The notes under the pieces: generated by a model | Told to the model about the DNA's origin: nothing | What the model saw: the letters and a program-made list of their open reading frames with translations, nothing else | Databases searched by the model: none | Shown: one piece after another, positions 1 through 8,011 of the stretch | How positions within the stretch are numbered: position 1 is the stretch's first letter | Layout: each line of letters starts with the position of its first letter | Translations under genes and position numbers: made by a program | Assembly (NCBI GenBank): GCA_029289095.1 | Contig: JARFUG010000003.1 | Coordinates: forward strand, 25,479-89,478 | From: Desulfuromonadales bacterium | GTDB lineage: Bacteria; Desulfobacterota; Desulfuromonadia; Desulfuromonadales; JACZKF01 | Length of the DNA stretch: 64,000 nt | Direction of reading: 5' to 3'

Positions 1-509
1 ACATCGACAGCCCCAACGCAGCGCTCCACGGCTACACCGACCCGCGCATCGATCAAGGCATCGCGGGAATGGTCGACATCGATCCCGAAAATGTCGGCAA
101 GGCTTTTTTCGTCCCCAAGCTCTGCAACCAGTGTCTGACCCCCCCCTGCACCCAGGTCTGCCCGGTGGGCGCCACCTACAAGACGGACGACGGCGTCGTT
201 CTCGTCGACAAGAAGTGGTGCATCGGGTGCGGCTACTGTGTCATGGCCTGCCCTTATGCCGCGCGCTTTTTTCATCCCGTCACCCATGTGCCCGACAAGT
301 GCACCTTCTGCTATCATCGCATCCACCAGGGGCTCGAGACCGCCTGCGTCAACGCCTGCCCCTTCGAAGCCCGCAAGCTGTGCAACATTCGCGACGTCAA
401 CGATCCAGTGACCCGGATCATCATGACGGACCGCGTCGGTATTCTCAAGGATGAGTTCGGGACCAGACCCCAGGCCTTCTATATCGGTCTTGCCACGGAG
501 GTGCGTTGA
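1..509 (+). CDS. 4Fe-4S dicluster subunit of a membrane oxidoreductase (NrfC/PsrB/HybA-like); 5' end cut by window edge
   Basis: Frame 3 is open from nt 3. Ferredoxin-type Cys clusters are present (CNQCLTPPCTQVCP, CIGCGYCVMACP, CTFCYHR..CVNACP). The stop overlaps the start of the NrfD-like gene. Confidence 0.8.
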   Translation, partial: IDSPNAALHGYTDPRIDQGIAGMVDIDPENVGKAFFVPKLCNQCLTPPCTQVCPVGATYKTDDGVVLVDKKWCIGCGYCVMACPYAARFFHPVTHVPDKCTFCYHRIHQGLETACVNACPFEARKLCNIRDVNDPVTRIIMTDRVGILKDEFGTRPQAFYIGLATEVR

Positions 510-1846
510 AAATGATGGACATGGCATATACTGTTCACGGTGAAGCCTGGACTCTCAAAGAGCTGTTCGTTCTGCCGAACGAATACGTCTACTGGTCGAT
601 CCAGATCGTCATGTACCCCTTCATGACGGGGCTCGTCGCGGGGGCCTTCGTCCTCTCCTCGCTCTATCACGTCTTCGGCATCAAACGGCTCAAGGAAATC
701 GCTCGCTTCTCTCTCGTCTTCTCCCTGGCCTTGCTCCCGGTGGCGATGATGCCGTTATTGCTTCATCTTTCGCAGCCACTTCGCGGCTTTCACGTCATGA
801 TGACGCCGCACTTCACCTCCGCGATCGCCGCCTTCGGCATCGTCTTTCTGACCTACGGCTCCATCGTCGTCAGCGAACTATGGTTCGTCTACCGCAAGCA
901 CTTCGTCCTCACAGTGATGGAGTTGAAGGCAAAACGCGACCGCACCTCCCTCGAAAACCTGCGCCTGAACTTCAACAAGATCCTCACCCTCGGCGCCATG
1001 GACATCAGCGAGGAGGCCCTTGAAAAAGACCACAAGGCAACTAAGTACCTGGCGGCCATCGGGATTCCCGTCGCGTGCTTCCTGCACGGCTACGCAGGAT
1101 TCATCTTCGGTTCGGTCAAGGCCAACGCTCTGTGGATGACTCCCCTGATGCCGGTCATCTTCATCATGTCCGCCGTCGTCTCGGGGATCGCCCTGTGTAT
1201 CCTGTGCTATGTGGTGACACAGGAGATCCGCAAGTTCATGGCCAAACGCAAAATGTCGCGTTGGGGGAAGGACCCCAAGGCCCCGAGCCTCGAGCAGCTT
1301 CAAGGAGCCGAGCAGGGGGGGGTTGCGATCGCCTCCAACTACCTTCTCTACTTCATGATCGGCGCCGTCACGCTGGAGGTCCTCGACATCATTTTCCGCG
1401 GTTACACGCAGGTGAAATCCTGGGACATCCTGGGTACTGTCATCATGGAGCGCAAGTTCGTCTCTCTCTGGATCATGCAGTTCGGCATCGGCAACATCCT
1501 CCCCTTCATCATGATGGTCATGCCGGGGCGCACGGTGAGAAGGACCGTCATCGCCTGCATCCTGGTCCTCTTCGGCGTCTTCATGATGCGCTGGAACATC
1601 GTCATCGGCGGACAGGCCTTCTCCTTGAGTTTCGCCGGTTTCATGCACTATCAGCTTCCGATCATTCCGCAAGACTGGGAGACCTTCAGGGAAGGGCTCT
1701 TCGGCGCTCTGCTGGTCGCGATCACCCCCTTCGTCCTCTTCTGGGGGATCAACAAGGTCATGCCAGTCTTTCTCGATGACAAGGGAATCCCTTCATCGGT
1801 CGGGAGCGTACCCAACGGCGCGAAGGCCAGTCCCGCCGTCGATTGA
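506..1846 (+). CDS. NrfD/PsrC-family polytopic membrane quinone-interacting subunit
   Basis: 446-aa ORF with many hydrophobic helices, translationally coupled to the FeS subunit. The N-terminus (YWSIQIVMYPFMTGLVAG) is typical of NrfD-like proteins. The ATG at 512 is a possible alternative start. Confidence 0.8.
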   Translation: MKMMDMAYTVHGEAWTLKELFVLPNEYVYWSIQIVMYPFMTGLVAGAFVLSSLYHVFGIKRLKEIARFSLVFSLALLPVAMMPLLLHLSQPLRGFHVMMTPHFTSAIAAFGIVFLTYGSIVVSELWFVYRKHFVLTVMELKAKRDRTSLENLRLNFNKILTLGAMDISEEALEKDHKATKYLAAIGIPVACFLHGYAGFIFGSVKANALWMTPLMPVIFIMSAVVSGIALCILCYVVTQEIRKFMAKRKMSRWGKDPKAPSLEQLQGAEQGGVAIASNYLLYFMIGAVTLEVLDIIFRGYTQVKSWDILGTVIMERKFVSLWIMQFGIGNILPFIMMVMPGRTVRRTVIACILVLFGVFMMRWNIVIGGQAFSLSFAGFMHYQLPIIPQDWETFREGLFGALLVAITPFVLFWGINKVMPVFLDDKGIPSSVGSVPNGAKASPAVD

Positions 1847-1902
1847 GGCCGAAAGGTCCGCAGGGCTGCTTGAGGCTGACGCCCTGCGCTCAGAATGAAA
1901 AG

Positions 1903-1950
1903 AACCCGGGAAGAAGCGACGACAATCGGCGCTTCCCCCGGGTTCAGTTT
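1903..1950 (+). terminator. possible intrinsic terminator after the NrfD-like gene
   Basis: Imperfect GC-rich stem (aacccggg..aagcg / cgctt..cccgggtt) followed by a T-rich stretch (cagtttattt). Confidence 0.35.
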
Positions 1951-2103
1951 ATTTAGGACAGCATTCCCCCACAACCTACTGCCAACTATCATTTCCGTTT
2001 TTGTTATCTTCCCTGGATTTCAGCTTTCGCTTAAACAAAAGATCCAGGTTGCATTTATCTCGCGTTTTCGATATCCTCCCGTCGTTTTAATACCCCTTCC
2101 AGA

Positions 2104-3303
2104 ATGAGTCTTCTCCAATCACCCTTCAACGCTAAAGGTAGGACAATGTCTCTTTCAACTCTCTGGGCCTGGTGCAAAAGACACCTTCTACTGGTAACGT
2201 TTCTCTCCATCGGCCTCATTTTTGTCTTCGCGGTCATCAACGTTCAGATTCTGCACATGACCTCAGAGCCTGAGTTCTGCGCCATGTGCCACCCCAACCA
2301 GGGGTACGGCCCGCTGGCCGAAGTCGATTCCTGGGCGCACTCGACCCATGCCGCCGCAGGCGTCTCTTGCCTGGACTGCCATGGCCGTCCCGGTCTGGCC
2401 GGCTACATGAGAGCCAAGATTGGCGGGCTCTACGATGTCTATATGCAGTTCACCCTTTCGGCTGAAGAGAAACTTGCCATTCTGTCCAATCCGTCGCCCG
2501 ACCTCGTTCCGGAAGACCACTGTCTCTACTGTCATTCCGATGAGCAGAACCTGGCGACCCGGCAGGCCACCCGCTTCATCGACCTCGTCAACATGCGCAT
2601 GCTCGACAGCGTGCAGAACCCCGAGTTCCGGGAGCGCAAAGGGATTCCTGATATTCTGGCCGGCCCCACCCGGGAGAACTCGCGCTTCGATCACACATTC
2701 CATATGGACACTTTCGAACTTTCGTGCAACGACTGTCACTTCGGTGTCGTGCACAACCCCCAGAGCAAAACCGACCTCATGAACATGTGCATCGCCTGTC
2801 ATGATGCATACGAAGGCTCGTCTGCTCCGCTTCTGAACGATTGCACCTCGTGCCATTCGGTCCAGAACTCGATGTACCTGGGCCAGGGCGCCCGCGGGGT
2901 TCCCGAGGAAGAGGGACTCAAGTCGATGTTCGGCATAAGCTGCGACATGTGTCACTCTTCGGTGTTCAAGGGCGTCTACCGTCCTTCGGCCGGCACCTGC
3001 ACCGATTGCCACGACTCGGGTTACAACGAAATTCTCGAGATGTGGCAGCAGGACACCCGAGAGCAGATCGCCAAACTTGACCGCCTTCGTCTTACCGTCG
3101 AAGACGCCCTGCGTGATGGTGATGCCCGCAACCGCGACAACACTGCTCGCTGGGAACTCTTCCAGAAGGCCGTCTACAATCTGAAACTGGTGAAGAAAGA
3201 TGGCGCGAAGGGAGCCCACAACGCCGACTACGCTTTGTCCATCCTTTCCTCGGTCGAGAAGGACTTCAACTTCATCCTCAACGACATCAGAATCAACTGG
3301 TAA
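2104..3303 (+). CDS. membrane-anchored octaheme c-type cytochrome (NapC/NirT-like N-terminus)
   Basis: Eight CXXCH motifs (CAMCH, CLDCH, CLYCH, CNDCH, CIACH, CTSCH, CDMCH, CTDCH) and one N-terminal TM helix. The alternative start at 2146 has the better SD. Confidence 0.8.
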   Translation: MSLLQSPFNAKGRTMSLSTLWAWCKRHLLLVTFLSIGLIFVFAVINVQILHMTSEPEFCAMCHPNQGYGPLAEVDSWAHSTHAAAGVSCLDCHGRPGLAGYMRAKIGGLYDVYMQFTLSAEEKLAILSNPSPDLVPEDHCLYCHSDEQNLATRQATRFIDLVNMRMLDSVQNPEFRERKGIPDILAGPTRENSRFDHTFHMDTFELSCNDCHFGVVHNPQSKTDLMNMCIACHDAYEGSSAPLLNDCTSCHSVQNSMYLGQGARGVPEEEGLKSMFGISCDMCHSSVFKGVYRPSAGTCTDCHDSGYNEILEMWQQDTREQIAKLDRLRLTVEDALRDGDARNRDNTARWELFQKAVYNLKLVKKDGAKGAHNADYALSILSSVEKDFNFILNDIRINW

Positions 3304-3327
3304 CCGGATCGCACAAAAGCCGAAAAA

Positions 3328-3356
3328 GGCGCCCTCTCGAGGGCGCCTTTTGTTTT
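3328..3356. terminator. bidirectional intrinsic terminator between the cytochrome gene and the convergent peptide array
   Basis: ggcgccc-tctcga-gggcgcc hairpin flanked by an A-run (3323-3327) and a T-run (ttttgtttt). Confidence 0.6.
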
Positions 3357-3402
3357 GTGGCAGGAAACTCCGCAACGATGGCTCTTTGGGACCGCAACCG
3401 GC

Positions 3403-3546
3403 TCAGCCGACCCGGGAAGCCAGGAAGGCCAGCGCCGGGTAGGAGATCAGCACTGCCGTGCACACCGAAATGACCCCGGTCACGACCAGCACGCCTGCGA
3501 GATAACCTGCTTTCACTTTTTCACGAATCGCAACGACGTTTCCCAT
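3403..3546 (-). CDS. small hydrophobic peptide, 47 aa, copy 1 of 5: MGNVVAIREKVKAGYLAGVLVVTGVISVCTAVLISYPALAFLASRVG
   Basis: Hand translation of the minus strand. ATG at 3546 is preceded by GGAGGAGATC; stop is at 3405-3403. Paralogous to four other mini-ORFs in the window. Confidence 0.7.
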   Translation of the reverse strand: MGNVVAIREKVKAGYLAGVLVVTGVISVCTAVLISYPALAFLASRVG

Positions 3547-3618
3547 GATCTCCTCCGTTATCTAGTAAAGCCGGATCGCTCCGGATCGCCTTTTGACTTA
3601 GTCTCGTGTCCCGCGCTC

Positions 3619-3762
3619 TCAGCCGACCCGCGAAGCCAGGAAGGCCAGAGCCGGGTAGGAGATCAGCACCGCCGTGAACACCGAAATGACTCCGGTGACG
3701 ACCAGTACGCCTGCGAGATAACCTGCTTTCACCTTTTCACGAATGCTGACGACGTTTTCCAT
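3619..3762 (-). CDS. small hydrophobic peptide, 47 aa, copy 2: MENVVSIREKVKAGYLAGVLVVTGVISVFTAVLISYPALAFLASRVG
   Basis: Hand translation; SD GGAGGAGATC precedes the ATG. The gene lies exactly 216 bp from copy 1. Most nucleotide differences from copy 1 are synonymous. Confidence 0.7.
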   Translation of the reverse strand: MENVVSIREKVKAGYLAGVLVVTGVISVFTAVLISYPALAFLASRVG

Positions 3763-3834
3763 GATCTCCTCCGTTATCTGTAAAGCCGGATCGCTCCGGA
3801 TCGTCTTTTTGACTTTGCCTCGAACCCCGCGCCC

Positions 3835-3981
3835 TCAGCCGACCCTGGAAGCCAGGAACGCCAGCGCCGGGTAGGAGATCAGCACCGCCGTGAACACCGA
3901 AATGACTCCGGTGACGACCAGCAATGCAGCCAGATATCCTGATTTCGCCTTTTGACCGATTTTCCCGATAGTTGTTTCCAT
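3835..3981 (-). CDS. small hydrophobic peptide, 48 aa, copy 3: METTIGKIGQKAKSGYLAALLVVTGVISVFTAVLISYPALAFLASRVG
   Basis: This is the C-terminal part of track ORF 3835..4092. The internal ATG at 3981 is preceded by AAGGAGGAAATC. It is the first gene downstream of the sigma-54 promoter. Confidence 0.7.
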   Translation of the reverse strand: METTIGKIGQKAKSGYLAALLVVTGVISVFTAVLISYPALAFLASRVG

Positions 3982-4074
3982 GATTTCCTCCTTTGACTTG
4001 GCGCCTCCGCGGAAGGCGACTTTCTGATATTTTTTCGGTCGACTCTGGCGACCGTGCTTACTTGCCTTACTAAA

Positions 4075-4092
4075 TAGCAACCGCCGTGCCAA
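4075..4092 (-). promoter_or_regulatory. sigma-54 (-24/-12) promoter of the three-peptide array
   Basis: Minus strand reads TTGGCACGGCGGTTGCTA, matching the TGGCAC-N5-TTGCW consensus with correct spacing. It lies about 95 nt upstream of the copy-3 ATG. Confidence 0.8.
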
Positions 4093-4162
4093 TATGATTT
4101 TTCATGCCAAAACGAATACTTACGGCCTACTCACATCCTGGAGAGGCGATTCCAACTAAAAG

Positions 4163-4489
4163 TGTTCAATTCCCGGCATGAAGAAATTCAAGAAAATAAC
4201 CTGCCCTCTGCGACAATCCTTCTCACACCAGAGATGATGTCGTGCTGTCCGCCCCCGAATATGCACTTATCTGGCGTTGCAATGACCTTTTGACTGAGAT
4301 GTCGGCAGAGGCGATGACGTTGCAGGAGGGAATAAGCCCGTTTGGGATGTGTTCAGAATACGGCATGTGGAAAGTGGGACGCCAGATGGTGTTCACTCTA
4401 CTTGCTTGAAATACTGTCGTTTTCTCTTGTTCAAAATCCGACGTGGTGCGCTTGTTTCTTTTTATGGCAACTGTTGCGCACGTTGCAAT
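4163..4489 (-). promoter_or_regulatory. upstream activating region: three 16-mers of form TGTTCA-N-CCGRCR (TGT-N10-RCR) plus GTTGCA motifs and a GCAACTGTTGCGCACGTTGCAAT element
   Basis: 16-mers at 4163-4178, 4350-4365 and 4428-4443; CGTTGCA at 4275, 4318 and 4481. The same motifs occur at the same distances upstream of the second sigma-54 promoter (10073-10401). Confidence 0.55.
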
Positions 4490-4711
4490 TAATGCACTGG
4501 GACTCTCCTCCCAGCTCAGAGGAAAACCGGACGGTCGTTCCCCTGCCTCGCCCCGATGGCGCTCCTGTAAATTGCCATCCACTCTCCCTTGAATTCCTCA
4601 CTTCGCGGCAGCAATAAACCCCGGGAGAATGCATCCGTTCCGTCGGCGCGTTCTCCCGGGGTTTTGATAAAGCCACACCCGAATCCCCTCAAATGAGGGG
4701 ATTCGACTTTT

Positions 4712-4987
4712 TCAGGATCGGGCTGTAACGCCCGCCTTCCTGCGCGCTCTGACCATGTGAATTCCGTGGCGATTGCGGAAAATGCGCATCACCATAACGC
4801 CCATGATAGAGAGAAAGAAACCGATGCAAAGAACAACATATCCGATGCTCCTCCCATCTCCCAGCCCAGCGACGTCTTTTCCTGAGAGAAGGGCGATCAT
4901 CGCAATGGCGCCGAAGGTCACCACGCCCCCGAGCACGTAAATGCCGAGAGCCGAAATCCCCAAGAACATATCCTTATCTATTTTCAT
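4712..4987 (-). CDS. small membrane protein (two or three predicted TM helices), function unknown
   Basis: 91-aa ORF with SD GGAGA 7 nt upstream. It sits directly downstream of the CbcL-like gene on the same strand. The hairpin gaatcccctc-aaat-gaggggattc (4681-4704) follows it. Confidence 0.55.
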   Translation of the reverse strand: MKIDKDMFLGISALGIYVLGGVVTFGAIAMIALLSGKDVAGLGDGRSIGYVVLCIGFFLSIMGVMVMRIFRNRHGIHMVRARRKAGVTARS

Positions 4988-5045
4988 CGTTGTGTCTCCG
5001 CAGACTAAGGTGAGGGGGGAGCCCCGTGAGGCTCCCCCTTCTGAA

Positions 5046-7028
5046 TCAGCCTTTGACGAAAGCGTAGAGCATCAAAAACGCCAGCGTCACGCCGGTGAAG
5101 AAAGCCAGGAAGCCGAAGCCCTTGAAGAAAAAGTCATAGAGAACCCCGCTCGTTTTCTTGGCTTCGAACTGCTCCAGGATCCCGAGCTCCTCGTAGCGCT
5201 TCCACTGGTCTCCGCGCTCATGGATGAACTCTTCCTTGGAAATCTGGCCGTTGAAGATGACAAAGTCCATCGGGAACTTCTCGGGCCGACCGTGGGTGTT
5301 GAAGAAGTGGACAGTAAAGATGAATCCGGTGGCGAGCAGCGCCTCGTCCGAATGGACGATGGTGGCGACGTTGAACATCCACCCGGGCAGGAAGAGGGCG
5401 AAGAATTCAGGGAACCAAAGGAGCAGACCGGAGCCGCCGATGGCGAACATCCCCCAGAAGACCGCCAGGAAGTCGAACTTCTCCCAGTAGGTCCAGCGCT
5501 CGAAGGTCGGTTTGGGCCCCTTGAAGAAGAACCACTTCACCATGCCGGTGACGTCCTTTACGTCGCGGGTGTTGGGGAGCAGCGAATCTGGACCGAAAAG
5601 ACGCTGCAGCCAGTGGGCCTTTGTCCCGTTGCGATTATAGACGTCCTTGCGGATGAACAGGAAGTCGAAGCTCATGATGAGAGCGCCGAGGAAGTAGTAG
5701 AAGGTCAGGATGGCGCAGCCGCGATGGATGAGACCGGCCAGGTGCACCCCGCCAAAGAAGTTCATCATGTTCACCGCCCAGGCCTGATCGGCGAACTTGA
5801 GCGGAAGCCCGGTCAGCGAAAGGCCGAGGAAGCTGATGATGACGACGAGGTGGAGATAGATGTGGCGTTTCTCAAACCGCAGATATTGCTTCTGAGGATC
5901 GGAGATGGCGTGGGCATGACTCCCTGCGGCTGCGCCTCCGTGCATCCTCTCTCCGGCCGAGACCGTCACGGCGACCGATGCCGACATGCCGTCGGCGACC
6001 GCCTCCGCTTCCTCGGTGTCCGAATCGTGCGCTCCCGAATGGGCATGGGAGCCCATGGCGGCTTGCTTCTCGCGGTTCTCGACGAAGCCGCGGAACATCC
6101 ACAGCAGGGTGTGGACCCAGAAAACGGCAAACGTCACCACCAGCAGAGAGGTCATGCTGATGTAAGTCCAATACAGGATCGGAAACTTGGCGCGGTCGTG
6201 ATGATCGCCGTGGGGGTGAAAGAGCACGAAGAGCGAATTCGCATTGGGATGGCACTGGGCGCAGGTCGCCACGAGATTGTCGGGATTGATGCTCGACATG
6301 GCGTGGTCACGCGGCAGCACGCTGTGGGCGGTGTGGCAGTCGGAGCATCCGGCCGTATCTTCCGGGAAACCGAGGCGGTAACCTTTGCCGTGATAATTGT
6401 CGAGGTACGTCTTGACGGTGAGCGCCGAAAGCCCCGCACGGCTCATCATCTCCTCATCGCCGTGGCAGGTCATGCAGGCGCTGGTGTGGAAAGCCATCTT
6501 CTGCCGATCGTCTCCCAGGGGATTGATCTGATGCAGACCGTGACAGTCGTGACAGGCCGCCGAATCGGGGTTGCCGTCGAGCACAGAGCGTCCGTGAATC
6601 GACTCGAGATATTCGGGGTGGTCGTGGCAGCCGAGGCACGAGTCGACAGCCACTTCCTTTTTACCCCCCCAGGACTTCAGGGCATGAATGTCGTAATGGC
6701 AGTCTTTGCAGCCTATGCCGCTGAGCATATGGATACTGGATCCATGCTCGGCGGTCTGCTCCTTGTGGCAGCGGGTGCAGTTGACCGGCTCGACCCTTAC
6801 GATTCCGTCCATGTGTCCGTCGAGATCGGTGACCTGCGTGTGGCAGCTTGTGCACGAGTTGTGCCCGTGGACGGACATGCCGAAAGCGGATGCGTCAATA
6901 TCTCCCTGGTGGCAGTCCATGCAGCTTTCCGCGGCGGGCGGCAGAGCTGCGGGAGACGGTGATGGTGCAGCCAGAATCCAGCAGAACAGCAAAATCGGGA
7001 TCAGTCGATAGAACCTCATTGGCTTCAT
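5046..7028 (-). CDS. CbcL-like inner-membrane cytochrome: periplasmic nine-heme c domain fused to a HydC/FdnI-type b-cytochrome membrane domain
   Basis: Signal peptide, then nine CXXCH motifs in aa 36-260, then a polytopic membrane domain in the C-terminal roughly 370 aa. This architecture matches the published description of Geobacter CbcL. The ATG at 7019 has better SD spacing. Confidence 0.75.
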   Translation of the reverse strand: MKPMRFYRLIPILLFCWILAAPSPSPAALPPAAESCMDCHQGDIDASAFGMSVHGHNSCTSCHTQVTDLDGHMDGIVRVEPVNCTRCHKEQTAEHGSSIHMLSGIGCKDCHYDIHALKSWGGKKEVAVDSCLGCHDHPEYLESIHGRSVLDGNPDSAACHDCHGLHQINPLGDDRQKMAFHTSACMTCHGDEEMMSRAGLSALTVKTYLDNYHGKGYRLGFPEDTAGCSDCHTAHSVLPRDHAMSSINPDNLVATCAQCHPNANSLFVLFHPHGDHHDRAKFPILYWTYISMTSLLVVTFAVFWVHTLLWMFRGFVENREKQAAMGSHAHSGAHDSDTEEAEAVADGMSASVAVTVSAGERMHGGAAAGSHAHAISDPQKQYLRFEKRHIYLHLVVIISFLGLSLTGLPLKFADQAWAVNMMNFFGGVHLAGLIHRGCAILTFYYFLGALIMSFDFLFIRKDVYNRNGTKAHWLQRLFGPDSLLPNTRDVKDVTGMVKWFFFKGPKPTFERWTYWEKFDFLAVFWGMFAIGGSGLLLWFPEFFALFLPGWMFNVATIVHSDEALLATGFIFTVHFFNTHGRPEKFPMDFVIFNGQISKEEFIHERGDQWKRYEELGILEQFEAKKTSGVLYDFFFKGFGFLAFFTGVTLAFLMLYAFVKG

Positions 7029-7060
7029 CCTCCGGTAAGAGTTGATAAAATCGATCCGCC

Positions 7061-7726
7061 TCAGCTTCGCAACAAAATATCGAGTGCCTTCTTCTTTTCG
7101 GGGTTATTGAACCGGAACACCATCTCCTTCAAATAGAGGGGAAACTCATCTCGAAAACTCCCCCGGTAACGGCGCAGATGCCTGCGGGCGAACTCCCAGA
7201 ACTCCGCAGCGACGCGCAGTTCCCCTTCCGAACCGTGAGGGAGATGTTTCTGCAGAACTCGACTGAGAAAATTCTCCTTTGCTCCATATTGAGCGCCTAG
7301 CACCAGAGTCGAGCAGCACGCATGTGGAACGCCTGAGCCCCCCCTCTCGGGAAAGGCGACCCACACCGTTCGATCATTGACGCCGATCCCGCACAGGAGA
7401 TTCATCGGCTCCGACATCGGACAACCTTCACTTTGCACCTCCCTCAGATGCGTTGCGTTTTGGAGCCCATCATTTTCCAGGGCCATTTTGACTCTGAATT
7501 CCCTATAGATGCGCTGAACCGTCTTGCGGTTGATACCGGCGAGATCCGCTGCTCTGTATGCGGAACCGAGATCCCAGAATAGTTGGGCGACGGCTTCTCT
7601 GGTGGCTTCGGACAGCCTTCCCTGCCTCGGATGGGGTGTGAACTTCTGTCTGCACTTGCGACACTGGCGGCGGCCGTCCGCCAGCAGATAAGAATCTGCA
7701 TCACAGGCCGGGCATCGATCCATCAT
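7061..7726 (-). CDS. IS1595-family transposase-like protein (zinc ribbon + HTH + shortened DDE region), probably degenerate or domesticated
   Basis: N-terminal CPACDADSYLLADGRRQCRKCRQKF zinc ribbon and a C-terminal YLKEMVFRFNN motif typical of ISXO2/IS1595 transposases. At 221 aa it is short, and I found no flanking inverted repeats. Confidence 0.5.
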   Translation of the reverse strand: MMDRCPACDADSYLLADGRRQCRKCRQKFTPHPRQGRLSEATREAVAQLFWDLGSAYRAADLAGINRKTVQRIYREFRVKMALENDGLQNATHLREVQSEGCPMSEPMNLLCGIGVNDRTVWVAFPERGGSGVPHACCSTLVLGAQYGAKENFLSRVLQKHLPHGSEGELRVAAEFWEFARRHLRRYRGSFRDEFPLYLKEMVFRFNNPEKKKALDILLRS

Positions 7727-8011
7727 GTGGCGCCATCCTCCCGTTGGTCCTATTTAATGGCCTGATCGAAAATTCCACACAAAAAAAGGCCAAAGTTTTT
7801 TCCCTTTGTGCACTTTGACCGCCGGGGATTTCTCAGCCGCTAAATTATGCCGCTCCGTCTCGAGGGCAGAACCGGGGACAGGACATTAGATTACTTTTAT
7901 TTAACCCTGTCAACCTTTTCTCCTGCATAGAAAAACTCTCCTTTCCGTCTCAGTTCAGATGCCGGGCCAATCCCGGTCATCAGGGAAATATTCCGGAGGA
8001 TTGATCACTCC

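Noticed and set aside
3355-3783. 142-aa plus-strand ORF with an internal repeat, and the analogous 9213-9941 ORF
   Set aside because: The internal repetition simply reflects the tandem peptide genes on the opposite strand. There is no SD, and the minus-strand mini-ORFs have strong SDs and conserved peptide sequence with mostly synonymous differences.
3403-3981. Regular 216-bp periodic repeat considered as a CRISPR-like or non-coding repeat array
   Set aside because: The units are far longer than CRISPR repeat-spacer units, and there is no short palindromic repeat with variable spacers. Each unit contains a complete SD + ORF + stop.
4223-4676. Track ORFs of 81-119 aa in the 4.1-4.7 kb spacer, and 68-93 aa ORFs in 10030-10557
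   Set aside because: The two regions are paralogous at DNA-motif level, but the reading frames are not conserved between them. They have no SDs and lower GC, so I interpret them as enhancer or regulatory DNA.
4941-6962. 673-aa plus-strand ORF, the longest in that region
   Set aside because: It is antisense to the CbcL-like gene, whose minus-strand product has nine CXXCH motifs and a coherent membrane domain. The plus-strand product is Arg/Gly/Glu/Ala-rich low-information sequence typical of a high-GC shadow ORF.
7061-7726. Active insertion sequence / mobile element call
   Set aside because: No terminal inverted repeats or target duplications were seen in the flanks. The protein is much shorter than IS1595 transposases. 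I therefore report it only as a transposase-like CDS.
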